Positions 55,196-64,000 of a DNA stretch of 64,000 bases are shown here, piece after piece; the first letter of the stretch is position 1; every line of letters begins with the position of its first letter. The stretch spans positions 1 to 64,000 of the forward strand of contig CAVQMO010000003.1 of NCBI GenBank assembly GCA_963713605.1, given 5' to 3'. A model generated the notes under the pieces. That model made no database searches. It worked only from the letters and a program-made list of their open reading frames with translations, and was not told the DNA's origin. The position numbers and the translations under genes are program-made. Source of the DNA: an uncultured Nitrososphaerales archaeon. Lineage in GTDB: Archaea > Thermoproteota > Nitrososphaeria > Nitrososphaerales > Nitrososphaeraceae.

Positions 55196-55230
55196 TCAAC
55201 GCCTACGTTGATATTTAACGATTGTGTTGA
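55196..55230. promoter_or_regulatory. Tandem TYAAC-N6-GTTGA palindromes
   Basis: 55196-55211 and 55215-55230, between divergent genes. Confidence 0.5.
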
Positions 55231-55287
55231 GAAGGCAATATTAAATATCTTTCATATTGGTGTTTATGAAAAAATTGGAATCAAGGT

Positions 55288-55907
55288 ATGAAGGAAACGT
55301 TGGTGCGACTAGTAAAACTGTGGCAACTGCGAGCTTTGATGATGTTAGTGTCTATAACAATGGTATCGCTATACTCGGCATCAAACATCATCATTCCAGA
55401 TACAGCATCTCAATTAGTAGTAGCTATAGAAGCTCAGCCGAGCGTGAATAGTATGGACGAAATAAATTTCAGCTCACCATTTAGTAATTCGTTTAGTCTA
55501 GGGACTCCTTTTTTAGTTGAATACGATAACACAACAAGTCTAAAGGCCATAGAAAATGCGGGTCCAAAAGCTTTAATGTTACATTCGAAGGTTATGGAAC
55601 TGTTAATGGTTTAAGGTACATGGATAACGGAACAGGAATTTTCCTTACCAATCCAATTGACGGGAGCATTTATCAAAAGGGAGTTATTGAACTAAAAACA
55701 GATAGTGACACTATTCAAACTACATACGAATCCATCAGTAAAAAAGGTGATAATGGCATTGTCTTAGATAACGGTATAATGATCTTCAATGCGTCGTCAT
55801 CCAAAGGTGGAGAGTTATCATTTCTGAACAATACAGTTGCTGCATATAAGGATATACTTGATCTTAGAAGAGGCAATTTAACTACTATTGCATGGGAATG
55901 GAAATAG
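55288..55907 (+). CDS. Secreted beta-rich protein (one frameshift near 55572)
   Basis: Signal region; frames join as AFNVTFEGYGTVNG..GELSFLNN..AWEWK. Confidence 0.6.
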
Positions 55908-56764
55908 GACTATATTCTATCCCAGTAATAATTGCCTTGTATAATATATTATGAAACACTAGAGCTGAAGGGTATCAGTAAGAACTAGAGTGAAGTTATT
56001 CAGTTTCTGGTCGTTAGGCACACGTCCACTCCTTGAAGGCTGCCAGAGCCCAGTTGTATCTAGGATTTTCTGTTGACGTAAGAATTAACACTGATCAAAT
56101 CGTCTCTATCACAAGTATAGAACCTAATAGGTAAGGCTTTGACAAACGGTTCTAAACGTGTTATTCTATTCTTTTGTTGGCTTTCATTGTTACTTCATAG
56201 GTTCCATTTGGGTTCTGCCTTATCCACCCTATATCTCAAAAATCTAAGACCTCTCAAACTAGTTTTTCATTTAATCAAGCGCTTTAGCCATACTTTCAAT
56301 ACCGTCGTGGTCCTTTACAAGCCTTGAAAGAAGATATTTTATTATCTCCACCCACCCCTGTTAGTTCATTAGTAGTGACTATTTGGTGGTCTTTCAAGTC
56401 ACCTTTGATACCCCCTCATGTCCCATGACTAATAGATATTATGTGGTATCTTATACTCATTCTTAAATTTCCCTATGCAAAATCGAAATAAGTCACTTAT
56501 TTATTGTGATATGTCAAGGATATAACCAACATGAGCATAGATGGTCACTCACATATTTAATGACCAGCCTCATATCTTGACAATAACGATGCGTTATCTA
56601 CCTCATTGTATGGAAAGATAATGGGATTCCGCTGTTTTGGGAAACATAACATGAATATGTAAAGAATTCAAACCCAATTCATTTTTTAGTAAAAAGAACG
56701 CATTTAGCTTATTGGAGTAAAAACCACGATACAGTGTCTAGTAAGTATTAACTCCCTTTTTCAC

Positions 56765-57268
56765 ATGAATGTGAATGTAATGGAACGATCAGTGACGGTG
56801 GAAAAATCTCTAAAAGTACTCTCCGATGATAAAGCGTTGATGTTGTTTGAGACAATAGCTCATCAAGATCTGGATCCTCATAACGTCTTGACAAGGTTAG
56901 GATTAACTAAACGACAGTATTATTCTAGAATGTTTAGTATGCTAGATGCAGGACTAATAAAGAGAAAGAACGGAACTTATAGTGTGACTTCATTTGGAAA
57001 GGTTGTGTACAAGGCACAGACATTAATAGGGCAAGGTGTAAGTTATCACTGGAAGCTTAAGGCAATCGACTCTCTGGAAATGAATTCTTCCCCTATTGTA
57101 CAAGAAGAACATTTTAAGATTATGGACTTGCTCATAGATAATCAGGAAATTAGAGAGATCCTTTCTCAGCTTTCTAAAGATAAACTGAATGGAGCAGCAG
57201 CCCCTACTTCAAAAATAAATAGGAAGGAACTAAGTACTTCAGTCACTCCATATGTTCAAGGTAGATAG
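56765..57268 (+). CDS. wHTH regulator
   Basis: LTKRQYYSRM..L..AGLI..YSVTSFGK. Confidence 0.75.
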   Translation: MNVNVMERSVTVEKSLKVLSDDKALMLFETIAHQDLDPHNVLTRLGLTKRQYYSRMFSMLDAGLIKRKNGTYSVTSFGKVVYKAQTLIGQGVSYHWKLKAIDSLEMNSSPIVQEEHFKIMDLLIDNQEIREILSQLSKDKLNGAAAPTSKINRKELSTSVTPYVQGR

Positions 57269-57975
57269 GAGAATAAACTAGTAATATCTATTCTCGTACT
57301 TGCATCAAAATTCTGACAGTACCTGTTCAGATGAATCAAACTGGCTTCCTTCGATCTGTCCTCTCTGCTGACTTTGAACCCTTGGACCTTGACTAGTCCG
57401 AAAACTATCAATCATATCTTGAGCTAAAGATAATTCGTCAGGGTATGATTCTATACCTGCATAATATTGTATGTAAAAAGCGCTTCTAGGGAGCTAGACA
57501 TTGGTGTAAAAAATATCCACTGGTGAAGATAACCATGAAAACGGTGCTGATAGACTAGATGAATTCTCAGAACCCGTCAATAAGCGCAACGGCAAAGGAA
57601 GACAATGCATCAGGAAATTCGGAAATCTTGTATATTAAATCTGCTGATGGACGGGAATCGAACTACAGAAAGTGTCAGCATTGATAGCGCTGTTCCGGGA
57701 ATTGCAGCATTAGATAGCAATGTATTTGGGCTGATTTTATGCCCGGGGATAGTGGTGTCCTTTTTAGATCTACAACCAGTGGAGAAACATTTGATCCCTC
57801 ACCTGCACCTGAGTAACTCCGGAAATGGTCCTGTAGAGTCAAAACAAATGATGCAGATTTTATAGAATTTGGAAACATTATGGTAGGAATAGCACGTTAC
57901 CTAGGTTTGCTACCTGGTCTGGATTCGACTCATGATAGTGATTACGAGCCCTTTGAAGAAGAAGGAATGGTAGTT

Positions 57976-58175
57976 ATTTACAGAAATCTTCAACGTTGGA
58001 TCGACTAGCAGGTTCTTGTACCAGTTGGTGTCAGAGCCCTGAACTGGTAGCAAATAAAGTGTTCATGCACAAACCATACTGGCCTAGAAATATCTCTGCC
58101 AGATTTTCTACCTTTAACGCTGAGTCTTATCTCATATACTCTATCCAGTCTCTGGTGAAGATCATCTTTTGACAT
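57976..58175 (-). pseudogene. Truncated, frameshifted paralogue of 1088..1441
   Basis: MSKDDLHQRLDRVYEIRLSVKGRKSGRDISRPVWFVHE, a 5-nt deletion, then LLPVQGSDTNWYKNL; upstream region also conserved. Confidence 0.9.
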
Positions 58176-58359
58176 GACATTCTATTCTGCATATTTCAGA
58201 TATGGTTTTCGCGTGTTGCTCTATATCTGAATGCTGTAAGCCAGAGTCAATCTACTCTAACTAACTTTTCCATATAGATAACTGAATGAGAATACGTAAA
58301 TAAATATAACTAGCAGACAGGTTTACTCATGGTAATACCTAATCTTCAAAAACCTATAC

Positions 58360-58995
58360 ATGAGCACGAAAATGTCTACCATCATTTTGATAGTAATAAT
58401 TTCAGTTTTATTAGCAGTATTTTTTACCTTTTCTTTGTATTTCTTTCCACATCAATATTTGTCTACAAGACAGGTTTCACAAGCCTTACCAAAGATTATC
58501 AATGTCAATATAAATACTTCATCGTTATCTGACATGGGAAATTTGCACTTAGGTGAATCCTTTGTTGTGAGTATAACAATTGCCAATCTCGGAGATACTG
58601 CAGACTTTCAAATCGCTTCAGTGTCATTTCCTAATATTACTGATAAGATTCCCGACAACATTGCAAATAGAATTGTAATCATATTACATCATAACTTTAC
58701 TCAAAGTCCGGTCTTTATACAAGCGGGTGATGAAATTGGATCAGAATATGCAGGACTAACTAAAACAACAATTGCAAGATATCCGTCTATCGAATTTTAC
58801 AATAGTCCATGGGCTACCAACACCTTTTATGAAGCCCAGCTGCAAGTAAAGCCAGTTTCTGAGGGAGATTTTGTTGTATTTGTTAAAGTTGTAGCATTAC
58901 CCCATACAACTGATCTATCACATTATCCTACTATAGGAATTATAGACCAGCAGCAAGAATTTGTCAATTTATATCATATAACCGTGGTAAAATAG
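58360..58995 (+). CDS. Membrane-anchored extracellular hypothetical protein
   Basis: N-terminal TM, beta-rich domain. Confidence 0.65.
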   Translation: MSTKMSTIILIVIISVLLAVFFTFSLYFFPHQYLSTRQVSQALPKIINVNINTSSLSDMGNLHLGESFVVSITIANLGDTADFQIASVSFPNITDKIPDNIANRIVIILHHNFTQSPVFIQAGDEIGSEYAGLTKTTIARYPSIEFYNSPWATNTFYEAQLQVKPVSEGDFVVFVKVVALPHTTDLSHYPTIGIIDQQQEFVNLYHITVVK

Positions 58996-59772
58996 AACTG
59001 TAAAAATTGAACCAATCTCTAAAGATGTAGTCTAAATGGCGTAGACAAGAGCAGGAAAGAAAAATTTGACTAACCTGAGGAACAGGCCATTACACACCTA
59101 TAAAATCAATTGCATATAGGAGTTTTTATCTGCAGACTTCGGCTCGGTAGACGGATATGAACGTCACATCGCAACTAGGCACCCAAACTTACCCGGTTAT
59201 CCTGGACCCTGCTCATGTCAAGTACTACTGTTGAAAGACAAGATATGTACTGGGACCGTGAAATAAAAGCAGATTTTGAACGGAAATAGCTATTCATTAT
59301 TTTGATACAGTCCTATTACGCATTTAAATGTGGACAAGAGAAATATTGAGATAGACATCACCCATGACCATAAAGAACTAAATGAATGGTTGAGCGGGTA
59401 GGTAAGACTGCTAATGAGATAAGTGATGATCCAGATTATACTCGCATAAAGCTGAATGGACCACATACAGGTTTCATCATCGAATGGGGCATTGGGCTGT
59501 CTTGGATGGGCTATCGAGCGATCCATAAATGACATACCTCTACGATATTGATTTGAGGATGTATGCTATAACAATTATTTGATTTCTGTATTCTATTGTT
59601 TTCTCTTAACTACTACTAATTAGCCAGGTAGACTAGTAATAGACTCGGTGAAGAAGGGTATGATCTTTATCCTAGTGTAAGAACAACTCTATGACTTTAG
59701 ACGATCTTGACTGTCAGTTGGCCTCTCTAAGTAAGAGATATAACTAAAAGATTGTTCTAATTCACAAAATAG

Positions 59773-59952
59773 ATGACTTCAACTTCAAGAAAAGCAAAAT
59801 TAGAGATCGAAATTGAGATTGATATACCAGTAGACATTATTAATGACAAACAGCGGTTTAGTCTAGTTGAGGATGGAATAGTTAGAAGTATTTCCAAAGG
59901 TCTCTACGAGCAAGGAGTATCGTTTAGAATCATACGATCAAACCTGAGTTGA
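59773..59952 (+). CDS. 59-aa hypothetical protein
   Basis: Translated by hand: MTSTSRKAKLEIEIEIDIPVDII..SISKGLYEQGVSF.. Confidence 0.55.
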   Translation: MTSTSRKAKLEIEIEIDIPVDIINDKQRFSLVEDGIVRSISKGLYEQGVSFRIIRSNLS

Positions 59953-60343
59953 ATGTTTGAAACCCACGAACCCGTGAACTTCGTTCCTCAGCGATGGTGT
60001 AAGTTCAATTAGAATTTTGCTCACTTTTACATTTCCGTGACTTTATTCACAAATAAAGTGCACTCGAGACCTTTCCTGAAATTTAACGCAAAGCATTTGT
60101 ACTGTGGTCAAACTCACAGACAGAAAGATTGAATGAATATAGGCCATAAAGGACTTTCAGCCCATCTGTGGTTATCGCTAGTGATACATGATTATACTTC
60201 TATATCTGAGCAAATCGTAGGGCAGCATTTTTTAAAGCGATTTTAGCCGACGAGGGACATTTATAATGTAGAATTTGAGAGAAGATTATTCCCGATAACT
60301 ATCTATATTGTAAAAGGAAAGTTTAATATCGATCAATTTTTTA

Positions 60344-60691
60344 GTGTATTTGAGCTTGAAACAGGTAGCCAGTGTAGAAAGTATAATTAATGCATTATCT
60401 GAGCTTGAGGATGACCTAGACAATATTAGCAACAAAACGGATGAAATGAAGAGGCGCCTAATCAACCTCTCTCACGAACAAATTGAACATCTCAAAGAGA
60501 AGATTATAAACTTGGCAAATGGCGAAGCAAAAAAAATTATTGATACAGCTAGGCAGGAAGCTGAAAAAGAGTCATCAACCATTCTCAAAGATTCGGAAAA
60601 CGAACTCGCAAAAATTAAAAAGAATATAGAGTCTTCTTATGACAAAGCAATTGAGATTGCAGTAAAAATTATTTTATGGGGAAAACCCTAA
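60344..60691 (+). CDS. A/V-type ATP synthase subunit H/G-like coiled-coil protein
   Basis: EAKKIIDTARQEAEKE..DKAIEIAVKIIL. Confidence 0.65.
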   Translation: MYLSLKQVASVESIINALSELEDDLDNISNKTDEMKRRLINLSHEQIEHLKEKIINLANGEAKKIIDTARQEAEKESSTILKDSENELAKIKKNIESSYDKAIEIAVKIILWGKP

Positions 60692-60787
60692 TTTACATTC
60701 GCATCATTTATGTAAACTTTGACTTAAATTGTTGTACCTTCCTGTAATGATTGAAACCGTAGGTAGCATTATACTGCAGAAAATGTA

Positions 60788-61495
60788 GTGGCAGTATCCA
60801 TTTTTCCCATAAAGTTTAATAATAAATTTTGTCCAAGATTCTGCGATGAAACGCCCCTGAACAAGGAGCTGTTACAGCATAAAGTCACCGTTGCTACTGT
60901 TTATGGTCGTTCTTATTTTAGAATTATTAATGCGTTAAAGCTTATGAATCTTGCCTTTGAGTCGCTTTCGCCCCAAGAAGCGGCAGAAACAAATACAAAG
61001 TTAGTTATAACTACAAGAAGAGAAGCTAAATTTTTGAATAAGAAGGAAATCATTTTGGATACCGATCTTCCAGAAAATCCCGTGTTGTCCAAAGCAAGAA
61101 TATTTAGAAGTATTATGAGAGGATATCAAGACGATCATTTGATAATCGGAATTGATCCGGGTAACCGCATTGGAATTTCTATAATATATCTACAAAATGA
61201 AATTGAAAGTCTAGTCGTATCATCCCCTAAATCTGCTATAGATTTAGTTATAGCATTCTTAGAAGGAATTCAATCTAAAAATAGGATTGTTAGAATTGGT
61301 GATGGTGACATGGGTATGTCACAATATATTGCTCGCATGATCAAATTGAAATTCAAGAACGCTGTCAAAATAGAAATTGTAGATGAATATGGTACTTCTT
61401 TACCGAGGAACACTGGGGTGAATAGACGCGGAATTCGAGATAAGCTTTCTGCTAAGACAATTGCGCTCAGAAGTGGGAGGCAGTTTCTACATTGA
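60788..61495 (+). CDS. Conserved protein with RNase H-like domain
   Basis: IIGIDPG..IGI, VRIGDG, IVDE.GTS. Confidence 0.7.
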   Translation: MAVSIFPIKFNNKFCPRFCDETPLNKELLQHKVTVATVYGRSYFRIINALKLMNLAFESLSPQEAAETNTKLVITTRREAKFLNKKEIILDTDLPENPVLSKARIFRSIMRGYQDDHLIIGIDPGNRIGISIIYLQNEIESLVVSSPKSAIDLVIAFLEGIQSKNRIVRIGDGDMGMSQYIARMIKLKFKNAVKIEIVDEYGTSLPRNTGVNRRGIRDKLSAKTIALRSGRQFLH

Positions 61496-61697
61496 CATGC
61501 GATGAGAAGCCTGCACGTACAACTTATGTGAAGCTTCTTTGTAGATTATTTGCTTGTTGCCGTTCGAGCGTTAATAATCTTTTGAATTTTTCATATTGCA
61601 ACTACTTCACTATATAATTTTTGCATAAATTTAAATACTATGTATTACTTTATTGTATTAGGTAGATTAGGTTTTACTTAGGAATAGATGAATTGGA

Positions 61698-61943
61698 ATG
61701 ACTTGTAAAGGTATATGTGGTAGACATAGGGCCCAAAAACCAGTTGGATCTGGTCGTTATGCTAGTGGACAAAGACGTTGCCAGATATGTGAGATATTCA
61801 TCAAGTGGGAAGGATTATGGTGCCCATGTTGTGGCTATAGGTTAAGAACAAAACCCAGAAATCTGAAATATAAGGCAAGATTGAGAGCACGTAAAAAATT
61901 GCAAGAGGTTTATCCTGAGAAACCTATTCAAGTTCAGGTCTGA
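61698..61943 (+). CDS. Basic Cys-rich Zn-binding protein
   Basis: CKGIC..CQIC..CPCC..LRTKPR. Confidence 0.8.
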   Translation: MTCKGICGRHRAQKPVGSGRYASGQRRCQICEIFIKWEGLWCPCCGYRLRTKPRNLKYKARLRARKKLQEVYPEKPIQVQV

Positions 61944-61995
61944 CTGTAGATCGTAAAAGGACGATTAAGGTCATTAGATGAAAGTAGACTAAGGG

Positions 61996-62319
61996 ATGGT
62001 CGATAAAGCTCTAAAGTCTCAAAGCGGAAGAGATTTCGTCATCAAATACGTACCTGTCTCTAACGGATGCATTATTTTGATATCAGAAGATTCCGACCAA
62101 ATAGGAGCTATCTCAGTTTCCATTTCATCGTCCAATAGAAGTAATACTGCCAAGGTTATTCCAAGTAAATATGATTCAGTATTCCTAAATACTATTACTG
62201 AGATGGTATCCAGAATGAAAAATGGAATATGCATAACCTCACTGTACAGCACCAAACAGCTGACATTGGATGATATGAAAACTATTATGGATCAGATACG
62301 AGATCTTATTGGAACCTAA
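61996..62319 (+). CDS. PAC4-like hypothetical protein
   Basis: 107-aa ORF; family call recalled from similar archaeal proteins, not verified. Confidence 0.5.
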   Translation: MVDKALKSQSGRDFVIKYVPVSNGCIILISEDSDQIGAISVSISSSNRSNTAKVIPSKYDSVFLNTITEMVSRMKNGICITSLYSTKQLTLDDMKTIMDQIRDLIGT

Positions 62320-62367
62320 GCATAAAAATAATATGTGCTTATATGAGCCTGGTATTCTTTAAATCAT

Positions 62368-63306
62368 ATGAATATTACTTTTATTTATGAAGATAATCCT
62401 CCATTTGACAGAAAAATCGAAAATGTCACTTCAGGTCTAAAACCAATCTGTAAGAAAATTCTGCAGAGTATCAAAAAAAATGCCGTAATTATTGCTGATT
62501 ATATCACTTCGATGCAAGCAGAGATCAATCCTTCAGATCATTATAAGAAGAATGTAATCTTGCTTTTGTGCAGATTCTCTCAAAGCAATAAAGATAAGCC
62601 ATTACAAAAGATAATACGATAAGACGTAGTAGCTTTTCTAGACCGTCTTAGAAAACCTGAATCAGCTGATCCCTTGCACAAATGGATTGGCACTTACAAT
62701 TTGTATGGAATCTACTTTCTACGTTTCTTTAAATGGTTGTATTATCCTGATGTTGAACCAAGTAAAAGAGCAAAACCGCAGGTTGTAGATAATATCCCAC
62801 AGTTAAAAAGAAAAGAACAATTCATATACAAACCCTCAGATCTCTGGTCGCAAGAAGATGATCTTCTCTTCTTGAGATATTGCCCATCCAAGAGAACGAA
62901 ATGCTATCATGCCATGTCTAGGGACACTGGTTGTAGGCCACACGAACTATTAAAGTTAAGAATTAAAGATATTGTATTCAAGAACGCAGGAGGTAAGCAA
63001 TATGCAGAAGTTCTGCTAACAGGTAAGACATGTTCCAGGCAAATATCTCAAATAGACTCTCTGCCTTACATTAAAGACTATTTAGACCATGAACACCCGC
63101 AACCAACCAATTTTAATGCACCATTATTTGCAGGAACGAGAAAGAGTCTTGGTAGAAGATAGGTGTTACCCGTCTTCATAGGATCTATGACAACTATAAG
63201 AAAATCTATTTCCCAAACTGCTTCAGAATCCTGTAAGTGTTCGCCAAGAGTATAAACAAAAGATAAAGGAATTATTGAAGAAGCCTTATAGAACTTTAGA
63301 ACAATG
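62368..63306 (+). pseudogene. Tyrosine recombinase/integrase, interrupted and C-terminally truncated
   Basis: RFFKWL, DTGCRPHELLKLRIKDI, GKT..R; stop at 62620, frameshift near 63160; later catalytic residues absent. Confidence 0.85.
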
Positions 63307-63348
63307 ACGGAATATTGAATTTAATAAAAATAGAAGAGAATAGTATCT

Positions 63349-64000
63349 CTATATTACGCGAAGGTCTGTTTGTTCAAAACTTGACTGATAGCTATCTTTA
63401 CCAACTTCAATCTCTGTGTCGTAAGTTCCTATATCAGAGTTTGGTCCTAGTTGTACTGTAAATGTCGCATGTCCATTACTATTGGTATACATTGTTTGAG
63501 TTGTTTTATCATCATTATCTATTGTATAATCCTGATTAGAGGATATACTTCCTCCTGCTGCTGTAGCTGCAGCAGCTGCAAACGCCGTATTATCCCTTAA
63601 TGAAGATGATGTGTCATCAACAGCTAATTTTACAAATGCATCCGAGATTGGGTTGCCAGTGTTTCTATCCTTAACGGTTATTGTAAGATACGTCTTCTCT
63701 CCTATTTTTACAGGATTCTTTGTATATGAATACTCTACCAAGAATTGGTTTGATATTTGTGAATTATCATTATTACCGCAGCCGACAATTCCTTCAAATA
63801 AGGATGAAAACTTTCCTCCTGCAATGTCATTTGTAATACCACAGAAGCTATCACCATCTGTAGCTATGCTCTCTTCACCATCAAATGCAGCTGCTCTACC
63901 ATCTCCTTCAGCGTCAACGTCAACAGCAGCAATCAAATTGTGAGTTTGAATCGATGACACTGACAGAAATGATAATAACAACAGCAAAGAGAAACATGTC
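63349..64000 (-). CDS. Secreted protein with Ig-like domain (may start beyond the window)
   Basis: Hydrophobic leader; LTITVKD..GNPISDA.V, TNSNGHATF; frame open to the edge. Confidence 0.65.
   Translation of the reverse strand, partial: TCFSLLLLLSFLSVSSIQTHNLIAAVDVDAEGDGRAAAFDGEESIATDGDSFCGITNDIAGGKFSSLFEGIVGCGNNDNSQISNQFLVEYSYTKNPVKIGEKTYLTITVKDRNTGNPISDAFVKLAVDDTSSSLRDNTAFAAAAATAAGGSISSNQDYTIDNDDKTTQTMYTNSNGHATFTVQLGPNSDIGTYDTEIEVGKDSYQSSFEQTDLRVI

Noticed and set aside
57895..57945. GGATTCGACTC as a tRNA T-arm
   Set aside because: No cloverleaf can be built
59036..59290. C2H2-like fragment YERH..HP..PGYP
   Set aside because: Interrupted by stops; too short to call
59955..60190. IS-like remnant (ITTDGL on the minus strand; GAAACCCACGA)
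   Set aside because: A single short motif with no ends or continuous frame

Overview
AT-rich archaeal DNA. Gene content (PAC2/PAC4-like chaperones, orphan A-ATPase subunit H, CbtAB, BNR-like repeats, RHH/wHTH families, TATA-box promoters) points to a soil ammonia-oxidising archaeon (Nitrososphaeraceae); this is inferred from gene families, not from a marker gene. Most of the window is accessory: small secreted or Cys-rich proteins, duplicated fragments, two broken tyrosine recombinases and real pseudogenes. Recognisable modules are ADH(remnant)-ALDH-patatin-Rieske/FNR, a cobalt/tetrapyrrole locus, PPK2/PiT, thioredoxin plus regulator, a Zn/Mn ABC transporter, a GH1 and two P-II paralogues. 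No rRNA, tRNA or CRISPR array was seen. Main observations: (1) an array of five GC-rich hairpins at 33168-33820, four with a TATA-like box about 24 nt upstream and most with a pyrimidine/T tract, i.e. candidate individually transcribed small RNAs, with related units elsewhere and linkage to a duplicated Cys/His protein gene; (2) a TTGGAT-N5-ATCCAA palindrome at four promoters around cbtBA next to a DUF4443 wHTH regulator; (3) a membrane protein with two PmoC/AmoC-type D-x3-H-x12-H motifs; (4) at least 13 single-base frameshifts directly abutting GTAC or GCWGC, probably methylation-linked sequencing errors rather than true pseudogenes.
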